Assembly: GCA_048940445.1 (NCBI GenBank)
Contig: JBHLON010000054.1
Coordinates: 1-15,681, forward strand
Origin: Promethearchaeota archaeon
GTDB taxonomy: Archaea > Asgardarchaeota > Lokiarchaeia > Sigyniarchaeales > SOKP01
Direction of reading: 5' to 3'
Length of the DNA: 15,681 bases
Shown: one piece after another, positions 1 to 7,530 of the stretch
Position numbering within the stretch: the first letter of the stretch is position 1
Layout of the letters: each line of letters begins with the position of its first letter
The notes under the pieces: generated by a model
Database searches by the model: none
Told to the model about the DNA's origin: nothing
The model's input: only the letters and a program-made list of their open reading frames with translations
Made by a program: the position numbers and the translations under genes

Positions 1-245
1 GTGTTAGTTTTAATATATGTAAACGGAAATTTAAACATATTTGCATAATAAATTGGGGGATGTTTTGTTTCATAAAAGCCATCATTCCCTGATTTGCTTT
101 TTTCACGTGTTACCGATGTTTTGAGAATTAAGTCTTTATACAACTTAATATATTATTATAAAATAAATACAACATAGTAATATTTATTAGCCTTTTTAAT
201 CATACAATAATGTATAATATGCTAAAAAATAAGAATGGATAAAAT

Positions 246-2168
246 TTGAAAAGTTTTAAATTTAAAGGATTAATGATATGTATATTTCTATTGATTACTT
301 CAATTCCATTAATCCAATCATTTAATTTAGATTTTTCAAAATCTCAAAATAATTCAAACCCAAGAATAGCAGCAAATGGATTTATTTTCATAAATGGAAA
401 TAATCAATTAAACAATACAGCAACATCTGGGGACGGAACAATTGGAAATCCCTACATCATAGAAAATCAAGTTATAAATTCATCTGGAGAAGGAGTCCCA
501 TCCATAACAATTTTAAATACTGATGCCTACTTTGAAATTAGGAATTTAACGGTTCTAGGCCCTGATTTTTTTACCCAATTCATTATTTTACTTCATAATG
601 TTTCTCATGGAACGATAAAGGATTCTAATATTGAAGATTTTTCACGTGATAACATAGGTATATTCCTTAATGAGTCATCGAATAATGTCATACAAAATAA
701 TAAATTATATCATGTTGCGGTGGGTATTTATTTAAATGAAGAATCTCATGATAATCAAATCCTCAATAATGCCATTTTATATTCTCATTATTCTAATGGA
801 ATAATAGTTTTAGATTCAGATGATAATTTGGTAGAAAATAATACAATAATGTTATGTGATTATGATCAGACCGCTGGTAATTTTCAGGGAATATTTGTAT
901 ATGAATCACATAATATAACATTAAAAGGGAATGTTATAAAACATAATTATGGTGATAATTCGCTAGCAATAAGATTGTCCAATTCAAATTATTCTAAAAT
1001 TATAGATAATAAAGTATATAATAATACAGCTTTAGGCTTCACACCATCTTCAATCGGCATTTATTTAGATAGATCACATTTTACGTTGATATCTGGTAAT
1101 TTAATAAATTATACAAATTCGAATGTTGATGGCGCAAATTGTATAGGAATTGGAACATTTTTTTCAATTAATAATACAATTATAAATAATAAAATAAATA
1201 ATACTATAGCCACAGGATCTTCCGCTCTTTCATATGGTATTAGATTAGATACATCGAATTATACAGATATTGCATATAATGTTATAACTAATAATAATGA
1301 TTATGGGATTTATCTCTTCAATTCACACGAAAACAAAAATACGACATGGAATCAAATATATAATCATATACAAAATTATTTTGAAACTGGAGGATCATCA
1401 GGGAACGTTCCAATGGATAATGATTATCATTCATTTAAGATCTTAACTAATGCTGCCGTATCAGCTATGAGTGGAAATATTACCACAAATTTCACTTTTA
1501 CAATTACATATACTGATTATGGAGATATTTCCCCATCCTTCGTCAGAGTAGTTATTGACGGAGTTTTAAATTCCATGCAAATTAAAAATTCAAGTGATTA
1601 TGATTACACTGATGGTGTTGATTTCATATATTCAACTACATTATCCTACGGATCACACGAATTTCATTTTGAAGCAAGTAATGGATCTGATTCTGAACGA
1701 ATTCCTAGAATTTGGGAAAATCTTGGACCCACTGTATCAAATACACCTCCCTTATTGAGTAATGGAAATGTAACACCTCTGGTAGGCAATGAATCGACTA
1801 CATATTTCACGTTTACAGTAAATTATCTCGATATAGATAATGATCAACCAACTTACATTCGAGTGTATATTAATTCAACACCATTTAATATGATAAAACA
1901 AGGAATCGATAATGATTATACTGATGGTTGCACTTATACCTATACGACAAATCTAACAGTTGGAAATTATACTTATTACTTTACCGCTCATGACGGGACT
2001 TATCTAGTTATTAATCCAGAACCAGGAGTTTACCAAGGCCCTTATGTCTCAAAAAGAGAATCGTCAACCACAACTCCATCCATACCTGGTTTTGAGATTT
2101 CAATTATTATTATGGGATTAATTTCCTCACTATTATTAATTCGAAAAAAACTCAAAATCCACGCTTAA
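246..2168 (+). CDS. Cell-surface glycoprotein: signal peptide, NosD/CASH right-handed parallel beta-helix, two tandem ~100-aa beta-rich repeats, PGF-CTERM/Loki-CTERM-like sorting tail
   Basis: TTG start and hydrophobic N-terminus. Has a G-x-GT-xx-NPYIIEN lead-in, then repeated GI-x-L-xx-S-xx-N-x-I-xx-N-x-I units and many N-x-S/T sequons. The C-terminus is STTTPSIPGF + TM helix + RKK. Confidence 0.85.
   Translation: MKSFKFKGLMICIFLLITSIPLIQSFNLDFSKSQNNSNPRIAANGFIFINGNNQLNNTATSGDGTIGNPYIIENQVINSSGEGVPSITILNTDAYFEIRNLTVLGPDFFTQFIILLHNVSHGTIKDSNIEDFSRDNIGIFLNESSNNVIQNNKLYHVAVGIYLNEESHDNQILNNAILYSHYSNGIIVLDSDDNLVENNTIMLCDYDQTAGNFQGIFVYESHNITLKGNVIKHNYGDNSLAIRLSNSNYSKIIDNKVYNNTALGFTPSSIGIYLDRSHFTLISGNLINYTNSNVDGANCIGIGTFFSINNTIINNKINNTIATGSSALSYGIRLDTSNYTDIAYNVITNNNDYGIYLFNSHENKNTTWNQIYNHIQNYFETGGSSGNVPMDNDYHSFKILTNAAVSAMSGNITTNFTFTITYTDYGDISPSFVRVVIDGVLNSMQIKNSSDYDYTDGVDFIYSTTLSYGSHEFHFEASNGSDSERIPRIWENLGPTVSNTPPLLSNGNVTPLVGNESTTYFTFTVNYLDIDNDQPTYIRVYINSTPFNMIKQGIDNDYTDGCTYTYTTNLTVGNYTYYFTAHDGTYLVINPEPGVYQGPYVSKRESSTTTPSIPGFEISIIIMGLISSLLLIRKKLKIHA
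1443..2050 (+). repeat. Intragenic tandem domain duplication (about 1443-1736 and 1755-2050)
   Basis: LTNAAVSAMSGNITTNFTFTITYTDY...RVVI...DYDYTDG...Y.T.L..G...F.A..G...GP.VS aligns with LSNGNVTPLVGNESTTYFTFTVNYLDI...RVYI...DNDYTDG...Y.T.L..G...F.A..G...GP.VS. Confidence 0.85.
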
Positions 2169-2365
2169 ACAATATAGCTTCTTTTCTGTTTTGTAGGAGG
2201 GACACCAAGATGAGATAGCTGAATTAGAAAAAGCACAAGACATAATTGATAATGATGTAGATTCACCAGAACTTTCTAAAAGCTTTTAAGGAACCTTCTC
2301 TTCCTAAAAAGTATAAAAATTTTCTATAAATATTATTTAAAATAAACTTTTAGGTCTGAAGGGAG

Positions 2366-2738
2366 ATGGAAAATCGCAAAATTATTGGTTTAGTTCTTAT
2401 TATAATAGGAATTGGATTCACTCTAAGGTTAATCTTCGGTTTAAGTTATCTTGGACCAGTAATAGGATTACCGTGTATTATTGGTGGAATTTTTTTTTTA
2501 AATGGGTAAATCAAAAACTAGCGTAGATAGGAAAAAAGTACGCGGAGTTGGGATAGGCATGGTTATTGTTGGGTTGATCTGCTTTATTGGTGGTATTGCA
2601 TCTTGGGGTTTTCTTAACTGAACAGGAAGCTTGGCGGCAATCTGGTCTTTAATCGCTATAATTATCGGTATAATTCTTGTGGTGACTGGATTAGTAACGA
2701 TAATCGCTATGAATATAGCCATAAGAAGCTCAAAATAA
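2366..2738 (+). pseudogene. Disrupted small multi-pass membrane protein (~4 TM) with a frameshift at the T10 tract (2490-2499) and an in-frame TGA (2619-2621)
   Basis: ATG 2366 gives MENRKIIGLVLIIIGIGFTLRLIFGLSYLGPVIGLPCIIGGIFFLNG* (TAA 2507-2509). The +1 frame from 2502 gives MGKSKTSVDRKKVRGVGIGMVIVGLICFIGGIASWGFLN*TGSLAAIWSLIAIIIGIILVVTGLVTIIAMNIAIRSSK* (TAA 2736-2738). Confidence 0.7.
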
Positions 2739-2790
2739 TCAATATTTAAATTTTAAGAGACACAAAATTCAAGCTCTTTTAAATTTCGTC

Positions 2791-2810
2791 CCAATTTCCC
2801 TTGAAATTGG
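2791..2810. other. Perfect 8-bp inverted repeat (possible hairpin/terminator between convergent genes)
   Basis: CCAATTTC-CCTT-GAAATTGG. Confidence 0.5.
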
Positions 2811-2814
2811 ATTG

Positions 2815-2854
2815 GAAATGTAAATTCAGAGTTTGATTTCAATGAAAATTTCAT
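2815..2854 (+). repeat. 40-bp dyad-containing intergenic repeat, copy 1
   Basis: GAAATGTAAATTCAGAGTTTGATTTCAATGAAAATTTCAT; ungapped, 35/40 identical to copy 2 and 31/40 to copy 3. Confidence 0.9.
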
Positions 2855-2903
2855 TAAGATTAAATTAAAAATTTTAAAAAAAGATTTTAAAAGATTTTGA
2901 AAA

Positions 2904-3350
2904 TTATTTTGCTAATTTTATTCCAAACTCTTTACATTTGGGCAAATCTTCATCAATAATAGGTCCCTTCATTCCCCCAACTTTTATAGATAAACCAGGA
3001 CTCATTTTTTTCATATTTGGAATGATCTTAGCAATTTGGGCTTCCATCTTCCTTGTAACTTTTTCAAAATCTTTTCCTATATAAGTATCGAAGACAGCAA
3101 AATTATTGGCTTTTAATGGAGCATTAGCTAGTTTCTTGATGAATTTCTTTACTGACCTAATATGAGATCCAATTTGATTTGGGGAACCAATGAGTATCAA
3201 ATCATAAGTTTCGTCTCTTTCAAGATTAATTTCCTTGACATTTTCAATTGAGACAGTATTTCCTTCCACTGTTTTTAAACCCTCACCAATTAATTCTGCT
3301 ACTTTTTTAGTATTTCCATATTTAGTATCATAACCTATAAGTATTTTCAT
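2904..3350 (-). CDS. Flavodoxin-family protein
   Basis: Has the FMN phosphate loop YDTKYGNTKKVA, plus LILIGSP and FAVFDT. The start is set at ATG 3350 because the ORF-track GTG at 3362 is part of a GAAGGTG ribosome-binding site. Confidence 0.9.
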   Translation of the reverse strand: MKILIGYDTKYGNTKKVAELIGEGLKTVEGNTVSIENVKEINLERDETYDLILIGSPNQIGSHIRSVKKFIKKLANAPLKANNFAVFDTYIGKDFEKVTRKMEAQIAKIIPNMKKMSPGLSIKVGGMKGPIIDEDLPKCKEFGIKLAK

Positions 3351-3471
3351 ATAGATATACACCTTCTTTTCTTATAGTTAAATCTTGACAAGTTTGAATT
3401 AATATTCTGTTGGTTAAAACTTTTTTTATTTTATTATTGTCCTTCTTAAGACATTTTTTCATAAAAGGTCC

Positions 3472-3511
3472 GAAAGGTAAATTCAAAGTCTGAGTTCAAT
3501 GAAAATTCCAT
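3472..3511 (+). repeat. 40-bp dyad-containing intergenic repeat, copy 2
   Basis: GAAAGGTAAATTCAAAGTCTGAGTTCAATGAAAATTCCAT; 32/40 identical to copy 3. Confidence 0.9.
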
Positions 3512-3561
3512 ATAAATATTAAATAAAGAAAAGATTCCGCATTGTGATCCATAGTCTAAAA

Positions 3562-4167
3562 TTAATTGACATTTTTGGGTTTCAATAAATTTTCAGAAGT
3601 TAAGATCGTTGAATTCCGAAAATATTTAAGACTTATTAAGATTAAAAATACAGCAATAATTTCAATTCCCAAATAAACATGCAATTCAAGACCAGGTGGA
3701 ATAATTCCATGTTCCCATAGTTCATAATGGAATAAACCTCGTGTAAATCTAACACTATATTCTCCGGGTTTCATTTGAAAGGTCGTCTTCATTGAATACT
3801 CTGCAACCGTAAAGTTAACTGTGAAGTTGTATACAATATTAGTTGCTAGATGTGTAAATAAAACTGACTCAGAACCATATAAAGGATAATAATTAAATGC
3901 TTTAACATCATATTTGTTCAAGATAAGATCATTTTGAGGAAGACTAAAACTATCCCTATACAACCAGGGCTCGAAAAACCATTCTTTTGATGTCCATATT
4001 TTTTCGGTGTTAATATAAGGAACAAGAAAAAATGGTAAAATAATAAAAGAGATTCCAAAAATTGCAAAAACAAAACCAATAATTTTTTTTTTATTCAATC
4101 TTCTTAACTTTTGGCTAAGGATGAGCATCTTTTTTGGCAAAATCATGGTTCTGCTTTTATTCTTCAA
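3562..4167 (-). CDS. Hypothetical membrane protein (N- and C-terminal TM helices flanking a ~110-aa beta-rich loop)
   Basis: 201-aa ORF with TM segments IIGFVFAIFGISFIILPFFLV and LHVYLGIEIIAVFLILISL. Start uncertain (TTG 4167, ATG 4146 or ATG 4128). Confidence 0.7.
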   Translation of the reverse strand: MKNKSRTMILPKKMLILSQKLRRLNKKKIIGFVFAIFGISFIILPFFLVPYINTEKIWTSKEWFFEPWLYRDSFSLPQNDLILNKYDVKAFNYYPLYGSESVLFTHLATNIVYNFTVNFTVAEYSMKTTFQMKPGEYSVRFTRGLFHYELWEHGIIPPGLELHVYLGIEIIAVFLILISLKYFRNSTILTSENLLKPKNVN

Positions 4168-4304
4168 AATTAAATATCAATTACAATCAGATTATATTTT
4201 AATTGGATTTAATTGTACAAAATAAAATTAAGAAGAAGTAATATATAAAACTTCTATAGAGCAATAATTTTTTTAAAAATAAATTAGGTATTTCATATAC
4301 ACGA

Positions 4305-4344
4305 AAAAGGTAAATTCAGAATCTGATTTCACTAAAAACTCCTT
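4305..4344 (+). repeat. 40-bp dyad-containing intergenic repeat, copy 3
   Basis: AAAAGGTAAATTCAGAATCTGATTTCACTAAAAACTCCTT; perfect core dyad TCAGA-A-TCTGA. Confidence 0.85.
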
Positions 4345-4369
4345 TGAAAAATCAATGGAATACATTTAG

Positions 4370-4398
4370 AGGAAAATATTCCTTAGGAGAATATACCT
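4370..4398. promoter_or_regulatory. Tandem quasi-palindromic 14-mers (possible operator) upstream of the acyl-CoA ligase
   Basis: AGGAAAATATTCCT-T-AGGAGAATATACCT, 15-bp period, about 100 bp upstream of ATG 4500. Confidence 0.35.
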
Positions 4399-4499
4399 AA
4401 ATATAATTCAGATTGAATGCAGAGAGAAAAATTGAAAACAAAATACTTAAAAATTTAAAGATTAAATAATGCATAAACAAATTGAGATAAGGATTTATA

Positions 4500-6182
4500 A
4501 TGTCGTGGGAAGAATTTGAAACTCATCCCCATACCATAAATGGGGTTATAGAGAAATGGGCTAAAAAAAAGGCAGAGAAATTCGCATTTATTTTTTATGA
4601 CACAGAAAAGAAATATACTTTCAAAGAGTTTTATGATGCCATAACCATTATGGCATTTAAGCTTTACAATCTAGGATTTCGAAAAGGAGACATAATCGCA
4701 ACGTCCTTACCATTTCTGTATGAGCATATAGTTTTAGGATATGCTTGTGCAAAATTAGGGGTTATGTGGTGCCCCATGGATTTGCGGTTAAAACCTCCAG
4801 AAATTATGAGAAACCTAAGTTTGTTAAAAGAAAAATGCAAAATGTATTGTCATTTAGGTAAGACTACAGCTGCAAATTTTGGGATGATTGGTGCTGCAGT
4901 TATGAAAAATAATCCTTGGTTAGAATATGTAGTTCAATTTAGCACCCCAGATGATAAATATAGGAATGGGATTATTCCCGGATTTCAACTATTAAAAGAA
5001 GCTCAAGATGAATTTAAAGAAACAGAGAAAGGTTCAGAAAATATGAGAAATTTTATAGCAGAATGTGATAAAGTGGGGCAAGATGATCCAATCTTAATCA
5101 TATTTACCACAGGATCAACCGGATATCCAAAACCAGCCATGTTAACAAATAAGGGAATCACTTGTCAAAATATGTGTTTAGCAAAGGGACTTAAATGTAA
5201 AGAAGATGATATCATGCTGGTTAATTTACCACCTTCACACGTTGGAGGAACAACAGAACAATTTATGACTCCCATATTTATAGGAGGAAGCGTAGTTGTA
5301 CTACACATTTTCGACCCTGCTAAAACTCTAGATGCAATTCAAAAGTATAAAGTTACTATTATGGGCCAAATTCCTGCTTTATTTGTGATGGAATGGAGGC
5401 TCCCAAATTTTCATGGATATAATCTGAATTCTTTGAAATATGCAATCGCAGCCGGTCAACCAGTCGATAAGCCATTTTTAGAACGATTAACTAAAATGGC
5501 TCCAAATATGTTTACAGGGTTAGGTTTAACAGAAACATCAGGATTTTGTTCTTATACACCAACTGATCTCCCTTTAGATGAATTTACTGGTACTTTAGGC
5601 TTTGATTTTCCAATATATCCCATGTCGATTCGAAAACCTATGAATGAAGATGGAAGCGCTGGCAAGGATTTACCAAAAGGAGAGATTGGAGAGATTTGTT
5701 ATAAAGGACCTCAAACGTTTTTAGGGTATTTCGGTAATGAAGAAGCGACTCGGAAAACACTGTCATCAGATGGATATCTCTATACAGGAGATATGGGATA
5801 TATTGATGAAAAAGGACTACATCTTGCAGGTAGAAGGAAATTTCTTATCAAGCCGAAAGGTTATCAAGTGTTTCCTCCTGAGGTTGAGGCTCATATCGCA
5901 GAATTACCCCAAATAGAGTTTGTAGGAGTGATTGGAGCTAAGCATAATGTATTCACTGAAGGTGTTGTTGCTTATATTAAATTAAAGGAAGGTCAAGTAC
6001 TCACAGAACAAGAAGTTTTACAACATTGTAAAGGAATGGCATCTTATAAGAGACCGTCATTAGTTGTATTCTTAAAAGAGTTTCCTCTTAATCGAATAGC
6101 AAAGACTGATTATGTGGCATTACAAGAAAGAGTTGATAAAGATATTGAAGCTGCAAGAGCCAAAGGCGGCTGGGATAGTTAA
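4500..6182 (+). CDS. AMP-dependent acyl-CoA synthetase (class I adenylate-forming enzyme)
   Basis: P-loop IFTTGSTGYPK, GLGLTET, YTGDMG, GRRK..IK..GYQVFPPEVE, and a C-terminal A10 lysine in PLNRIAKTD. Confidence 0.95.
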   Translation: MSWEEFETHPHTINGVIEKWAKKKAEKFAFIFYDTEKKYTFKEFYDAITIMAFKLYNLGFRKGDIIATSLPFLYEHIVLGYACAKLGVMWCPMDLRLKPPEIMRNLSLLKEKCKMYCHLGKTTAANFGMIGAAVMKNNPWLEYVVQFSTPDDKYRNGIIPGFQLLKEAQDEFKETEKGSENMRNFIAECDKVGQDDPILIIFTTGSTGYPKPAMLTNKGITCQNMCLAKGLKCKEDDIMLVNLPPSHVGGTTEQFMTPIFIGGSVVVLHIFDPAKTLDAIQKYKVTIMGQIPALFVMEWRLPNFHGYNLNSLKYAIAAGQPVDKPFLERLTKMAPNMFTGLGLTETSGFCSYTPTDLPLDEFTGTLGFDFPIYPMSIRKPMNEDGSAGKDLPKGEIGEICYKGPQTFLGYFGNEEATRKTLSSDGYLYTGDMGYIDEKGLHLAGRRKFLIKPKGYQVFPPEVEAHIAELPQIEFVGVIGAKHNVFTEGVVAYIKLKEGQVLTEQEVLQHCKGMASYKRPSLVVFLKEFPLNRIAKTDYVALQERVDKDIEAARAKGGWDS

Positions 6183-6391
6183 ATAGAGATACTTATACTA
6201 AAAAGAACTTCACAAACCTATTTTTATCCTAATTTTTTAAGATTTCTTGTTGACTAAATTTCCTAAATAAAAATCTAATACTTACAGTATTAGAATTTTT
6301 TGTATAAAATAATAACATCATTTTATAAATTTTTTTAAATGCAAAAGAGTAATCTTAAGCATAGCTATTGAATTTATAGAGCGAGTAAAGT

Positions 6392-7414
6392 ATGATTAAA
6401 ACACGAATCACAGAAATGTTTGGATTGAGATATCCTATTATAAGCGCTCCAATGGGACCTTTTTATACAACTGAATTGACCATTGCAGTTTCGGAAGCGG
6501 GAGGTTTAGGTGTGGTTAGCCATGCAACTCTAAGAGGAAAGAATTCATTAGAAGATATGAAGAAACAATTAGAATATGTAATTGAACATACTGACAAACC
6601 TTTCGGTGTAAATATTCGAACTGCAAGGATTCAAACAGATCATAAAATAATGTTGAGAAAGATTGCACAATGGTGTAAAGAAAATACTAAATTACGTGAG
6701 CAGTTAGTATATTTGCTTACGAGCGCGGGAGGAGCTAAATTCGCTAGCAAAATTTTAAAGGAAAAAGCACCTCAAATTAAGCATTTTCATGTAGGACCTG
6801 CCCTATGGTTAATTGATAAAATCGTTAATGCAGGTTGTGATGGAATAGTAGCTACTGGTACAGAAGGAGGTGGACATCAAAGTTATGAAGGGATTAGTAC
6901 TCTAGTTTTAGTACAAGAGACTGTTAGGAAGTATCCAGATAAACCAATAGTAGCGTGTGGAGGGTTTTCCAGTCCTGAAGGTGTAGCTGCGGGTTTAGCT
7001 ATGGGTGCAGATGCCATTGCTATGGGTACCAGATTTATTGCTTCAAAACAAAGTGAATTTCATCCAAATTATAAAGCTCTTATTCCACCCGCATCATCCA
7101 AAGATACTTTATTAACAACTGGGGGTTTTGGTCCAATAAGATTGTTAAAAAATAAATATGCATTAGAGCATGGTGAAGTTATATCAAAAGAGCAAAAAAT
7201 TTCGCAAGAATTAGCTTATGAAATGGATGAATATTTAAAAGATCTTTACGCTTATGAGATTGTTTATACTAAAGGAGATGTAGAGAATGGAGCTGTACCT
7301 GCCGGTCAAACATGCGGACTTATTGATTCAATAATGGAAGTTGACGATATTATCACTAGTTTCAGTAATGGTGCAGAGAAGATATTAAGGAAGTTATGCA
7401 CCCAAATTTCATAA
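6392..7414 (+). CDS. Nitronate monooxygenase / FabK-type enoyl reductase family FMN protein
   Basis: Motifs YPIISAPMG, AVSEAGGLG, TDKPFGVN, GTEGGGH, VACGG, MGTRF and AGQTCGLI. Confidence 0.93.
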   Translation: MIKTRITEMFGLRYPIISAPMGPFYTTELTIAVSEAGGLGVVSHATLRGKNSLEDMKKQLEYVIEHTDKPFGVNIRTARIQTDHKIMLRKIAQWCKENTKLREQLVYLLTSAGGAKFASKILKEKAPQIKHFHVGPALWLIDKIVNAGCDGIVATGTEGGGHQSYEGISTLVLVQETVRKYPDKPIVACGGFSSPEGVAAGLAMGADAIAMGTRFIASKQSEFHPNYKALIPPASSKDTLLTTGGFGPIRLLKNKYALEHGEVISKEQKISQELAYEMDEYLKDLYAYEIVYTKGDVENGAVPAGQTCGLIDSIMEVDDIITSFSNGAEKILRKLCTQIS

Positions 7415-7530
7415 TTATAAAATCATTATTCCATTATTCTTTTTTTTCAAACTTGGCTTATATTTTGATTCTAGTAAGTTCATATTAAATTTCTAAAATT
7501 AGGTCAAAAATAAAAAAGAAAAAAATTCTT

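Noticed and set aside
2252-2280. Possible fourth repeat copy (ATGTAGATTCACCAGAACTTTC)
   Set aside because: Only the left arm is loosely similar. The core dyad and spacing do not match.
2494-2500. U-UUU-UUA -1 ribosomal slippery site
   Set aside because: The -1 frame stops after about 8 codons (KWVNQKLA*). The hydrophobic continuation is in the +1 frame.
2498-2722. 74-aa minus-strand ORF
   Set aside because: Antisense shadow of the + strand membrane pseudogene.
2841-2900. Eukaryote-like SECIS (AUGA) downstream of the TGA-containing ORF
   Set aside because: AUGA is present, but no GA partner closes a proper stem, and the same AUGA occurs in copy 2 with no upstream + strand gene.
2815-4344. 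CRISPR array or integron attC interpretation of the repeats
   Set aside because: The intervals are gene-sized and the repeats degenerate, with no cas genes in the window. There are no RYYYAAC/GTTRRRY ends, no long attC hairpin and no intI.
2753-4365. Each repeat copy lies in frame in a short minus-strand ORF: 2753-2854 MKFSLKSNSEFTF..., 3446-3511 MEFSLNSDFEFTF..., 4273-4365 MYSIDFSKEFLVKSDSEFTF..., suggesting a leader-peptide family
   Set aside because: Of 10 variable positions in the shared 13 codons, 7 are non-synonymous, and the sequences diverge immediately after the repeat. The conservation looks DNA-level rather than peptide-level.
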